Positions 1-9,082 of a stretch of 32,000 bases of DNA are shown in pieces. The notes beneath the pieces were generated by a model. It did no database searches, was not told the origin of the DNA, and worked only from the letters and a program-made list of their open reading frames with translations. How positions within the stretch are numbered: position 1 is the first letter of the stretch; each line of letters begins with the position of its first letter. The stretch lies in the NCBI RefSeq assembly GCF_000196355.1, contig NC_007614.1, positions 390,001 through 422,000 of the forward strand, in the 5' to 3' direction. The position numbers and the translations under genes were made by a program. The stretch comes from Nitrosospira multiformis ATCC 25196 (GTDB lineage: Bacteria; Pseudomonadota; Gammaproteobacteria; Burkholderiales; Nitrosomonadaceae).

Positions 1-942
1 ATGGCCGCGGCAACTGCCTACAGTTCTCATGGCGTGCAGATGATCCCGTTCTACATTTACTATTCGATGTTCGGCTTCCAGCGCGTGGGGGATCTTTGCT
101 GGGCGGCGGGAGACATGCGCTGCCGCGGCTTCCTGCTGGGGGGCACTGCCGGCCGCACCACACTGAATGGCGAGGGATTGCAGCATGAGGACGGTCACAG
201 CCATCTGGCGGCATCGACTGTTCCCAATTGCATATCCTATGACCCGACCTTTGCCTACGAACTCACGGTCATTATCCGGGATGGCCTGCGCCGCATGTGC
301 GAAATGCAGGAGGATGTCTATTACTACATCACAGTGATGAACGAAAACTATTCGCATCCGGAAATGCCTGCAGGGGCGGAAGAAGGAATTCTGAAAGGCA
401 TGTACCTGTTCCGTGAAGGCAAGCCGGCAGGAGAAAAGGATTCCGGGTTGCGTGTTCAATTGCTCGGGTCCGGCGCCATTCTGCGCGAGGTGATTGCTGC
501 GGCTGAAATACTGGAGGAGGAATTCGGTGTGACGGGTGATATCTGGAGTGTAACCAGCTTTACCCAGTTGAGACGCGAAGCGCTGGCGACAACGCGCTGG
601 AACATGCTGCACCCCACAGAACCGGCAAGGCTGTCGCACGTCGGCACGTGTCTCAAGGACCGGGAAGGTCCAGTGGTGGCGGCTACGGACTACATGAAGA
701 TTTTTGCCGACCAGATACGTGAATTTATTCCGGGGCGATACAAGGTGCTGGGTACAGATGGATTCGGACGTTCCGATACGCGCGAGCAATTGCGCCGCTT
801 CTTCGAGGTCGACCGCCATTACATTACGATAGCCGCTCTGAAAGCGCTGGCCGAAGATGGCAGAATCGAGGCGGAAAGGGTGGCGCAGGCCATGGGCAAA
901 TTCGGCCTCGATCCTGATAAACCCAATCCGATGACCATATAA
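1..942 (+). CDS. aceE: Pyruvate dehydrogenase E1 component, C-terminal part (5' truncated by window)
   Basis: Open from the window start; contains GVQMIPFYIYYSMFGFQRVGDLCWAAGDMRCRGFLLGGTAGRTTLNGEGLQHEDGHS, typical of homodimeric E1; followed by aceF. Confidence 0.97.
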   Translation: MAAATAYSSHGVQMIPFYIYYSMFGFQRVGDLCWAAGDMRCRGFLLGGTAGRTTLNGEGLQHEDGHSHLAASTVPNCISYDPTFAYELTVIIRDGLRRMCEMQEDVYYYITVMNENYSHPEMPAGAEEGILKGMYLFREGKPAGEKDSGLRVQLLGSGAILREVIAAAEILEEEFGVTGDIWSVTSFTQLRREALATTRWNMLHPTEPARLSHVGTCLKDREGPVVAATDYMKIFADQIREFIPGRYKVLGTDGFGRSDTREQLRRFFEVDRHYITIAALKALAEDGRIEAERVAQAMGKFGLDPDKPNPMTI

Positions 943-1163
943 GAAGGCGGCAGTGAACTTTTGGGCGCGGAGAAGGCTAGACAACAGGACCGGAGCGCTG
1001 CGTCGTTTGACCTTGTTCTTCATTGAGCCGCCAATTGCAAATTGGAACTGGGGGAACGGCGAACTGCACTACCAGGAGTCGGAGCGCTTGAAAGGCGGGA
1101 TCCTCCTGCTGTGATCATTTCGTTGTGGAAAGCCGGGATTATCTAATACGAGAAGGAAGAGGC

Positions 1164-2516
1164 GTGGCGGAGACTAAACAGGTATTGATTCCCGATATTG
1201 GCGACTTTAAAGACGTTCCCATAATAGAAGTGCTGGTGAAAGCCGGCGATTCGATCAAGGCGGAAGACTCCCTGATTGTGCTTGAATCGGACAAGGCCAC
1301 CATAGAAGTGCCTTCTCCTTTTGCTGGCATAATCAGAGAGTTATCCGTAAAGGTGGGCGATAAGGTATCGGAAGGTTCGCCCATCCTGACACTGGAAGCT
1401 TCAGAAGCGGAGCAAGCGCCGCCCGCTGAGCCACGAGAAGCGGCACCCGCTTCAACGCCGGCTCCCGCTCCAACCACCGCTTCTCCGGAACAGGCGCCGC
1501 GGCCGGCGACGCAACCTCGTGCGCAATCCCAATCTTCTGCGCAACCCCAATCATCGGGTTCTTCTCCACGCTCTGCATTCGTTCCTTCTCCGATAGATGA
1601 AGCTACGTTTGCGAAGGCACACGCCAGTCCTTCGGTTCGACGCTTTGCGCGCGAACTTGGCGTGAATCTGGGGCTGGTAAAGGGTAGCGGTGCCAAGCAG
1701 CGCATTCTCAAGGAAGATGTGCAGTCTTTTGTCAAGACTGAACTCTCCAAGCCAAGGGGTAGCGGGACCGAGCTCAATCTGCTGCCCTGGCCTCAACCCG
1801 ATTTTGCGAAATTCGGTCCCGTGGAATTTAAGCCGCTATCGCGGATCAAAAAAATATCCGGAGCGAATCTGCACCGCAACTGGGTCATGATTCCACACGT
1901 GACGCAGTTCGACGAAGCGGATATTACCGAGCTGGAAACCCTGCGCAAGGAAACAAACGAATCTTCAAAAGAAGAAGGGGTGAAAGTTACTCTGCTCGCG
2001 TTTCTCCTGCGGGCTTCGATAGCGGCCCTAAAGAAGTTTCCCGAGTTCAATGCCTCGCTGACCAGTGAAGGTGATGAAATGAATCTCGTGGTCAAGAATT
2101 ATTACCATCTCGGCTTTGCAGCGGATACACCTCATGGACTGGTGGTCCCCGTGATTCGGGATGTGGAAAAGAAAGGGGTCATCGCCATTGCCAAGGAAAT
2201 GTCTGATCTCGCAGCTTCGGCGCGGGCAGGCAAACTCAAGCCCACCGATATGCAGGGGGCGAGTTTTACCATTTCCAGCCTCGGGGGCATCGGCGGCACT
2301 GCGTTCACGCCCATTATCAATGCGCCGGAAGTGGCGATTCTCGGTGTCTCGCGCGCAGTGATGAAGCCTGTTTATCGGGATGGCGAATTTGTCCCGCGCC
2401 TGATGCTGCCATTATCCCTTTCCTATGATCATAGAGTAATCGACGGGGCGACAGCAGCGCGCTTTACGACGCACCTGGTCGAAGTGCTGGCTGATCTGCG
2501 TCGTGTGCTGTTGTAA
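1164..2516 (+). CDS. aceF: Dihydrolipoyllysine acetyltransferase (PDH E2), one lipoyl domain, Ala/Pro/Gln-rich linker
   Basis: Lipoyl motif VLESDKATIEVPSP, peripheral-subunit binding domain, catalytic motif SYDHRVIDGATAARF; GTG start at 1164 preceded by AGAAGGAAGAGG, shorter than the track ORF start at 1125. Confidence 0.95.
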   Translation: MAETKQVLIPDIGDFKDVPIIEVLVKAGDSIKAEDSLIVLESDKATIEVPSPFAGIIRELSVKVGDKVSEGSPILTLEASEAEQAPPAEPREAAPASTPAPAPTTASPEQAPRPATQPRAQSQSSAQPQSSGSSPRSAFVPSPIDEATFAKAHASPSVRRFARELGVNLGLVKGSGAKQRILKEDVQSFVKTELSKPRGSGTELNLLPWPQPDFAKFGPVEFKPLSRIKKISGANLHRNWVMIPHVTQFDEADITELETLRKETNESSKEEGVKVTLLAFLLRASIAALKKFPEFNASLTSEGDEMNLVVKNYYHLGFAADTPHGLVVPVIRDVEKKGVIAIAKEMSDLAASARAGKLKPTDMQGASFTISSLGGIGGTAFTPIINAPEVAILGVSRAVMKPVYRDGEFVPRLMLPLSLSYDHRVIDGATAARFTTHLVEVLADLRRVLL

Positions 2517-2620
2517 AACACAGATTATTCATGGAAAGCGGGGAAGGCAAGTGAAGACAGCTGCCGGCTTTTTTGTCCGCTTGAGCAGCTTCGCATGACC
2601 AGCGTTGTTCCCGCCCGATA

Positions 2621-3301
2621 ATGAATGATTTCCCCGTTTCTCCGGTTGGTGTTTTTGGAGGTACCTTCGATCCCGTTCACTATGGGCACTTGCGAATCGC
2701 CGAAGAAATTGCCGAGCTGGTAGGGTTGAGGGAAATGCGTTTTGTTCCTGCCGGAATTCCCCGGCTACGCCGCGGTCCGGAAGCGTCATTGGAACATAGG
2801 GTGGAAATGGTCCGCCGGGCCATCGATGGAAATTCCCGTTTTATTCTCGATGAACGAGAGGTAGTACGCGGGGGGGTGAGCTACAGCGTGGATACGTTGC
2901 GCGAACTCAGGCAGGAACTGGGGAAGGATATCGTACTCTGCTTCGTTACGGGAGCCGATGCATTCATAAGGCTGGCCGAGTGGCACAGGTGGCGGGAATT
3001 GTTCGGGTTATGTCACTTCATTATTGCTGCTCGCCCCGGTCATCTGCTTTCCGCGGAGAACAGACCGTCGCCCGCAGCGCTGCCGCAGGAATTGGAAGAG
3101 GAATGCAGGGAGCGCTGGACGTCGAGTGCAGAGATTCTTAAATATGCACCCGGGGGCTTGATCTTTACTGCGCAGACGACATTGCTGGATATTTCGGCAA
3201 CGGCCATTCGCAAACGTGTCGCCTCAGGGAAAAGTATCCGTTATCTGGTTCCCGAGAGTACTCGGGATTATATTGCTGCTAATGATCTGTATCGGGAATA
3301 A
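2621..3301 (+). CDS. nadD: Nicotinate-nucleotide adenylyltransferase
   Basis: GVFGGTFDPVHYGHLRIAEE and late motif ISATAIRKRVASGKSIRYLVP. Confidence 0.95.
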   Translation: MNDFPVSPVGVFGGTFDPVHYGHLRIAEEIAELVGLREMRFVPAGIPRLRRGPEASLEHRVEMVRRAIDGNSRFILDEREVVRGGVSYSVDTLRELRQELGKDIVLCFVTGADAFIRLAEWHRWRELFGLCHFIIAARPGHLLSAENRPSPAALPQELEEECRERWTSSAEILKYAPGGLIFTAQTTLLDISATAIRKRVASGKSIRYLVPESTRDYIAANDLYRE

Positions 3302-3303
3302 CG

Positions 3304-3780
3304 ATGACGCCGGCCAAATTGATAAAAACCGTTGTTGCGGCGCTGGACGAAATCAAGGCGCGTGACGTGGAAGTACTCGATGTCAAAAAACTGACAGCCT
3401 TGTTCGATCGGATGATCATCGCCAGCGGCGATTCCACGCGGCAGACACGGGCAATCGCGAACAATGTGGTCGAGAAAGTCAAGGCGGCGGGTGGCATGGT
3501 TTACGGTGTGGAAGGCGAAAATAACGGGGAATGGATATTGGTTGATCTCGGCGACGTGCTGGTGCATGTCATGCAGACCGCGGTGCGCGCCCATTACAAT
3601 CTTGAGGAGTTGTGGGCACACGCTGCCAGGATCAACAAAATATCCGAAAACACGAGCAGGAAGAAGCCGGTCGCAAGACCGCCTGTCGCTGAAGAAGGGG
3701 AGACAGGACCTGTGACTCCTGCGAAGACCAGAAAAGCCAGAGTCAGCCGAGCGAAGACCAATCCGGATGACGAGAGGTAA
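3304..3780 (+). CDS. rsfS: Ribosome silencing factor (RsfS/YbeB/Iojap) with basic C-terminal extension
   Basis: DVKKLTALFDRMIIASGDSTRQTRAIANNVVEKVK...GEWILVDLGDVLVHVM; located between nadD and rlmH as is typical. Confidence 0.93.
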   Translation: MTPAKLIKTVVAALDEIKARDVEVLDVKKLTALFDRMIIASGDSTRQTRAIANNVVEKVKAAGGMVYGVEGENNGEWILVDLGDVLVHVMQTAVRAHYNLEELWAHAARINKISENTSRKKPVARPPVAEEGETGPVTPAKTRKARVSRAKTNPDDER

Positions 3781-3885
3781 AGGAAATATGGGAGCGAGCG
3801 CCAAGTTCCCCGCGTGGGCGTCTCTCGAACAAACTCTTCCCGGAGCATTGGATAGGCGTGTTTTCAGAATGAAATTCCTTGTCGC

Positions 3886-4356
3886 ATGAAATTCCTCGTT
3901 TATGCGGTGGGACATAAAATGCCGGAGTGGATTGCCGCGGGTTTTCAGGAATATGCCAAACGGATGCCACGTGAGGCGAATATCGAGCTTCTGGAAATCA
4001 AGCCTGAGAGACGGGATAGCGGAAAAAAAGTGGAACAGCTGCTGGCCGCCGAGGGCGCACGTATCCGTGCGCTGCTGCCTTCCAATTGTCGGCTTGTGGT
4101 AATGGACGAGCGCGGGAGCCAATGGACTACCGCCGGTTTGGCCCATGCCATTGGCAGTTGGATGAAGGATGGAGGTGACACCGCGTTCCTCATTGGCGGT
4201 GCCGACGGGCTAGATCCGGCCCTCAGGAATGCGGCGGATGAAGTCCTGGCGTTATCTGCCCTGACACTTCCTCATGGGCTGGTTCGAATTCTGCTGGCGG
4301 AACAACTCTACCGCGCGATATCGCTGATCAAGGGTCATCCTTATCATCGCGCATAA
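3886..4356 (+). CDS. rlmH: 23S rRNA (pseudouridine(1915)-N(3))-methyltransferase RlmH
   Basis: 156 aa, [15 protein letters not shown]...[11 protein letters not shown]...[34 protein letters not shown]. Confidence 0.96.
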   Translation: MKFLVYAVGHKMPEWIAAGFQEYAKRMPREANIELLEIKPERRDSGKKVEQLLAAEGARIRALLPSNCRLVVMDERGSQWTTAGLAHAIGSWMKDGGDTAFLIGGADGLDPALRNAADEVLALSALTLPHGLVRILLAEQLYRAISLIKGHPYHRA

Positions 4357-4407
4357 AAAATAACAATGTAACAGAAGTAACTGCGCTCCCGTAAGCATTC
4401 ACTCCGC

Positions 4408-5031
4408 ATGACTTTTGTGGAAAATCGCATCTATCTTGCTTCCCGCAGTCCCCGCCGGCAGGAATTATTAAAGCAGATCGGCGTGGACTTCATGGTTTTA
4501 CCGTTGCGCGAAGCTTTGCCCCGGATACCGGATGTGGATGAAACTCCGCTGCCGCAGGAGTCGCCGCCGGAGTATGTCGAACGGATTGCGCGCGTTAAAG
4601 CGGAAACGGGGCGAAAGCGGATGAGTGAGCGAGGTTGGGCAGATTTCCCGGTTTTGGGAGCGGATACAGCGGTGGTATTGAACGGCAGGATTTTTGGCAA
4701 GCCCGAAAATCCCCTCCATGCAAAGCAAATGCTGCGGGCCTTGTCCGGCCAGATTCATGAGGTTTTGACGGCGGCTGCCGTGGCAGCGGGAAATGGAACC
4801 CGGGTTTGTCTGTCCAGATCGAGTGTCCGATTCCGCAATCTCGGCGAGCAGGAAATCGATCATTACCTCGCTTGTGACGAGGCATATGACAAGGCAGGCG
4901 CTTATGCAATTCAGGGCAGGGCAGCGGTTTTTATCTCGGGGATTTCCGGCAGTTATAGCGGTGTCGTCGGATTGCCACTGTTTGAGACGGCGCAATTGCT
5001 TGAAGAATCCGCTATAAGAATATTTCAGTGA
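4408..5031 (+). CDS. Maf family nucleotide pyrophosphatase
   Basis: YLASRSPRRQELLKQIG, VLGADTAVVLNGRIFGKP, AYAIQGRAAVFISGISGSYSGVVGLPLFET. Confidence 0.93.
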   Translation: MTFVENRIYLASRSPRRQELLKQIGVDFMVLPLREALPRIPDVDETPLPQESPPEYVERIARVKAETGRKRMSERGWADFPVLGADTAVVLNGRIFGKPENPLHAKQMLRALSGQIHEVLTAAAVAAGNGTRVCLSRSSVRFRNLGEQEIDHYLACDEAYDKAGAYAIQGRAAVFISGISGSYSGVVGLPLFETAQLLEESAIRIFQ

Positions 5032-5055
5032 GCCGCAATAAAAGCCGGATCTCTT

Positions 5056-6507
5056 ATGTCTTGTGAAATTCTTATCAATGTTACCCCCCAGGAAACGCGT
5101 GTCGCGGTGGTCGAGCATGGCGCCGTCCAGGAACTGCACATAGAGCGCACCAGCAATTGCGGCATAGTGGGCAATATATATAACGGGCGCGTAATCCGGG
5201 TGCTGCCGGGGATGCAATCCGCTTTCGTGGATATCGGTCTCGAACGGGCTGCTTTTCTCCACCTCGCTGATATCTGGCGCTTGCGGCAGAGTGAAGACGC
5301 TGATAAACCGATTGAACAGCTGTTATACGAAGGAAAAAATATCCTCGTCCAGGTTATCAAGGATTCAATCGGTGCCAAGGGTGCCCGCCTGTCGACTCAG
5401 GTCAGTATTGCGGGCCGTTTGCTGGTTTATCTGCCCCAAGTATCGCATATCGGCATTTCCCAGCGCATCGAAGATGAAACCGAACGGAAGTCGTTGCGTG
5501 AAAAACTGAAACATTTGTTGCCAGCCGCGGAAGAGGGAGGATTCATTATCCGTACCGTGGCGGAAGCGGCAAGTGAACAGGATCTGCAAACGGATATCGA
5601 GTACTTGCACAAGCTATGGCGCGATATCAAGGAAAAATCCCTGATTTCCCAGCCGGCCTTACTGTATCAGGACCTGAATCTGAGTTTCCGCGTCTTGCGC
5701 GACTTCATCAGTGATGATACGACTCGCATTCTGGTGGATTCGCGGGAAACTTTCCAGAAGATGGCGACCTTTGCACGAGTGTATATGGCCAACGTAGTGG
5801 AGCGCCTCGATCATTATGCGGGGGAGCGCCCTTTGTTCGAGTTGTATGGGGTGGAAGATGAAATCGAGAAAGCCCTGGCGAGGCGTGTCGACCTGAAGTC
5901 CGGGGGTTATTTGATCATTGATCAGACCGAGGCGCTTACCACCATCGATGTAAATACTGGGGGATTCATCGGCGTACGCAGTTTTGACGATACCATTTTC
6001 AAAACGAATCTCGAAGCGGCCCAGGTCATTGCGCGCCAACTCCGTCTTCGAAATCTGGGAGGCATTATCATTATCGACTTCATAGATATGGAGAGCGCGG
6101 AACACCAGAATGCCGTTCTCAGCGAATTCAAGAAGTCGTTGATGAAAGACCGGACTCACATGACGGTGAACGGTTTCACCGCCCTCGGACTCGTGGAAAT
6201 GACGCGCAAGCGGACGCGGGAGAGTCTGGCGCACATTTTGTGTGAAACCTGCCCGACTTGCCAAGGCCGCAGCAAAGTCCGGACGGCCCAGACCATGTGC
6301 TATGAAATCCTAAGGGAACTGCTGCGGGAATCCCGTCAGTTCGATGCGCGTGAATTCCGCATTGTGGCTTCACAGCAGGTAATCGATCTGTTTCTCGACG
6401 AAGAATCCCAAAGCCTGGCGCAACTTGCCGATTTTATCGCCAAACCCATCAGTCTTCAGGTGGAGGGGACGTATACCCAGGAACAATATGACCTGATTCT
6501 CATGTAG
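5056..6507 (+). CDS. rng: Ribonuclease G
   Basis: EILINVTPQETRVAVVEHG, S1 region AFVDIGLERAAFLH, TIDVNTGGFIG, GGIIIIDFIDM, ETCPTCQGRSKVRTAQT. Confidence 0.95.
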   Translation: MSCEILINVTPQETRVAVVEHGAVQELHIERTSNCGIVGNIYNGRVIRVLPGMQSAFVDIGLERAAFLHLADIWRLRQSEDADKPIEQLLYEGKNILVQVIKDSIGAKGARLSTQVSIAGRLLVYLPQVSHIGISQRIEDETERKSLREKLKHLLPAAEEGGFIIRTVAEAASEQDLQTDIEYLHKLWRDIKEKSLISQPALLYQDLNLSFRVLRDFISDDTTRILVDSRETFQKMATFARVYMANVVERLDHYAGERPLFELYGVEDEIEKALARRVDLKSGGYLIIDQTEALTTIDVNTGGFIGVRSFDDTIFKTNLEAAQVIARQLRLRNLGGIIIIDFIDMESAEHQNAVLSEFKKSLMKDRTHMTVNGFTALGLVEMTRKRTRESLAHILCETCPTCQGRSKVRTAQTMCYEILRELLRESRQFDAREFRIVASQQVIDLFLDEESQSLAQLADFIAKPISLQVEGTYTQEQYDLILM

Positions 6508-7321
6508 CAGGTTTCACGGCAATAATCCCCTGGGGTCCGCTCCCTGAATATTCATTTTCTATCCCGGGCAGGCCGTTTCCTGTTTCCGGAAGGTTCCTTT
6601 TTATATCCTCTGTGATAACGTCATAGAGCGGCCGCAGGTTGGGTCTCATACCTTTTATCGTTCCACTGACACTCATCATTGAGGGAACGCGTATACCATG
6701 ATGCTCGACGGGGGGACCGATGAACTTAAGGTCGAACCCGAGTTTGGCGAAATGCAGTGCAAGGCGCTCTTCAGTCAGAATGAACAAAGTCTCGATTTTA
6801 TGCAGGCGCGCCAGTTCGAAGGTACCTAAATAAAGGCTGATTGGAATGTAAGGAAAGCGCCGAGATTGTGCTACTCCGAAATCTTCATCCGCGATGTCGA
6901 TCGCTTTGCTCGCCTCGCCTTTACGTCTTCGGTAACTGGCAACGACAGCCAGACGTGATACCTCTGCGATATGATGGCGGGGTAACAGCGCGGGATCGAT
7001 AATCGACCGGTCCAATGTATCAGCGCAGGTTATCTCAAAGGGTAAAGGATAATCAGGATCCTTCGGCCGGGGAGAGATTATGCGCGCGCAGCCAATGAAC
7101 TCTTGTGTCTGGACATTGCGTAACAAAAAGTGTAGCGAGTCAATATCATACTCATCGCTTTCTCGCCTATCCCGCTGAAGGGGCTCAAATTTGAGATCCT
7201 CGCAATAAACCTCATGCCGGATCCGGTGAACCTCATCTTTTAATTCGTCCGAAAACGCGGGTACGATTTCAAAGTACCTCTTGAATGCATGACCCAGATC
7301 AAGTATTTCGGTTAGAGACAT
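6500..7321 (-). CDS. PEP-CTERM/exosortase system-associated acyltransferase (N-acyl amino acid synthase-like)
   Basis: HEVYCEDLKFEP, FIGCARIISP, HIAEVSRLAVVASYRRRKGE, FTVLSILTE-type architecture; convergent with and overlapping the rng 3' end by 8 nt. Confidence 0.82.
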   Translation of the reverse strand: MSLTEILDLGHAFKRYFEIVPAFSDELKDEVHRIRHEVYCEDLKFEPLQRDRRESDEYDIDSLHFLLRNVQTQEFIGCARIISPRPKDPDYPLPFEITCADTLDRSIIDPALLPRHHIAEVSRLAVVASYRRRKGEASKAIDIADEDFGVAQSRRFPYIPISLYLGTFELARLHKIETLFILTEERLALHFAKLGFDLKFIGPPVEHHGIRVPSMMSVSGTIKGMRPNLRPLYDVITEDIKRNLPETGNGLPGIENEYSGSGPQGIIAVKPAT

Positions 7322-7450
7322 GTTTCAGCCAACGGCAGTTTTCTCTGATACTTTAGGACGAAGCGAAAATATTCCGGGTTGAGACTTTCTTGCAGGAAGT
7401 TACCCCTGTTAACACGGAAGCGAACAGGTACCATTTACGTAAAACGAATT

Positions 7451-7472
7451 AAAGGCCGGTTTCAGAGCCTTT
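7451..7472 (-). terminator. Putative stem-loop (AAAGGC...GCCTTT) downstream of the LolA-like gene
   Basis: Inverted repeat AAAGGC/GCCTTT with 10-nt loop; + strand continues GTTGTTTTTTT; lies just after the stop of the minus-strand CDS at 7502. Confidence 0.45.
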
Positions 7473-7501
7473 GTTGTTTTTTTATGAGTCTCGTGATAGC
7501 C

Positions 7502-8263
7502 CTAGTCGAGTTTCTTTAAATAATCTTTGGTGAAAACCTTATCCGGAAGATCGCGCTGTTTCATTCCCGAGTATTCGAGTACCGATTGTTCACCTGTGCG
7601 CAAGGCATCTTCCATGACAAGACGGGTTGGACGCAACGCTCCATGGAGCATCTGGAATTTCTCGTACCGGGCGGTTTTGAGTAGACGGTCGGACAGTGAG
7701 TAGAATTCCGCTCGATAAGGCCAGAAATTTGATTGCCCAACCCAATACAAAACCTTATGATAAGTCACTCCACGGTCGACCCCTGTGAGTTCCAGCACGT
7801 AATACTTTTCGCCCTCGATAACGTCTGTGCGCAAAATTTTAGCGTTGTAATCCCCGGCAAAATTTGCGCGAGCCAAGTCCCCATTTGCTACTTGGCCGGT
7901 AAGCCGCTGGGACAGGGATAGACGTACGGGCTGGGAGACTTCCGGCATGAATATCCACAGATCTCGCCCTTTCAGCAATAAAATCTGACCTCGTTCCGAA
8001 GCTGGCTCCGTGGTCATCACTACGCTATTTTCGTTACCCTTGGATAAGACCCTGTACTTGCGCCAATCTTCCGGTTGACCCGGAGCGGTTGTGTTAATGG
8101 TGACGTCGACCTGAAAACTCTCTCGCGGGAATCGTATCTGATCAGCCTTTTCCAGAATTGTTTGAGCCAGCTCAGTATCATTTGTGTCTGCTATTGCGGT
8201 TGGCACCGCAATAGCAAATAGGAGAATCACCGTTAATAAGTATTGCTCAGAATTTTTTTGCAT
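7502..8263 (-). CDS. LolA-like outer membrane lipoprotein-sorting family protein
   Basis: Signal peptide followed by LAQTILEKADQIRFPRESFQVDVTINTT, GRDLWIFMPEVSQPVRLSLSQRLTGQVANGDLARANFAGDY, typical of the LolA-like (DUF/LolA_like) family. Confidence 0.8.
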   Translation of the reverse strand: MQKNSEQYLLTVILLFAIAVPTAIADTNDTELAQTILEKADQIRFPRESFQVDVTINTTAPGQPEDWRKYRVLSKGNENSVVMTTEPASERGQILLLKGRDLWIFMPEVSQPVRLSLSQRLTGQVANGDLARANFAGDYNAKILRTDVIEGEKYYVLELTGVDRGVTYHKVLYWVGQSNFWPYRAEFYSLSDRLLKTARYEKFQMLHGALRPTRLVMEDALRTGEQSVLEYSGMKQRDLPDKVFTKDYLKKLD

Positions 8264-8320
8264 GTTCAGTTCCTATCATGAATGCCAACTACTACAGGGA
8301 TTACCGGTCGGGGGATTTTT

Positions 8321-9055
8321 ATGAGTGACACGGGCATTGTGCACCTCGAGAATGTTTCCAAAGATTACATCCTTGGTGAGCAGAAAGTCCAGGCATTGAA
8401 AGACATTACGTTAGATATCGCCTCCGGCGCTTTCCTCGCTATTGCAGGTCCATCCGGCAGTGGCAAGTCAACGCTGCTCAATCTGATTGGTTGTATTGAT
8501 ACGCCCACCGCCGGCAAAGTTTTAATCAACGGTCAGGATATCAGCGGCCGTACTCCGGATGACCTGTCCGGGCTCAGGGCAAGAACTATCGGGTTTGTTT
8601 TTCAGACGTTCAATCTGTTTCCCGTTCTCTCTGCTGAGGAGAACGTCGAGTATCCGTTGCTGCAATTCAGGGAATTGAAGACAGCAGAGCGCCGCATCCG
8701 GGTTGCTGAATATCTCGATATCGTCGGTTTGTCCAGGTTTGCCCGGCATCGGCCGAACCAGCTCAGCGGAGGGCAACGTCAGCGTGTAGCGATTGCACGG
8801 GCACTGGCAACGCATCCGAAAATAGTATTGGCTGACGAGCCTACTGCCAATCTTGATCATGCGACAGGTGAAGGCATCCTGGAGCTGATGAAGAATATCA
8901 ACGACAAATTTGAGACAACCTTTATTTTTTCCACTCATGATTCGCGTGTCATGGCGATCGCGGACAATGTAATCCATATCCAAGATGGTCAGATCGTGCA
9001 ACGGGAAATTCGCAAGGAGAAATCCATGCACGTTATTGAACATAGGGATAGATAG
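8321..9055 (+). CDS. ABC transporter ATP-binding protein, LolD/MacB-like
   Basis: Walker A GPSGSGKST, signature LSGGQRQRVAIARALA, Walker B VLADEPTANLD; start taken as ATG 8321 (MSDTGIVHLENVSKDY) rather than track start 8282. Confidence 0.92.
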   Translation: MSDTGIVHLENVSKDYILGEQKVQALKDITLDIASGAFLAIAGPSGSGKSTLLNLIGCIDTPTAGKVLINGQDISGRTPDDLSGLRARTIGFVFQTFNLFPVLSAEENVEYPLLQFRELKTAERRIRVAEYLDIVGLSRFARHRPNQLSGGQRQRVAIARALATHPKIVLADEPTANLDHATGEGILELMKNINDKFETTFIFSTHDSRVMAIADNVIHIQDGQIVQREIRKEKSMHVIEHRDR

Positions 9056-9082
9056 ATGTGAAAAAGGTGACTTCCAAAGGTA

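Noticed and set aside
1139-1777. 212-aa minus-strand Ala/Glu/Gly-rich ORF antisense to aceF
   Set aside because: An artefact of the repetitive Ala/Pro linker coding region of aceF.
3268-4146. 292-aa minus-strand ORF across rsfS and rlmH
   Set aside because: Fully antisense to two well-supported genes with no family-like motifs.
4498-5262. 254-aa minus-strand ORF across maf and rng 5' end
   Set aside because: Antisense to confidently identified genes; composition not protein-like.
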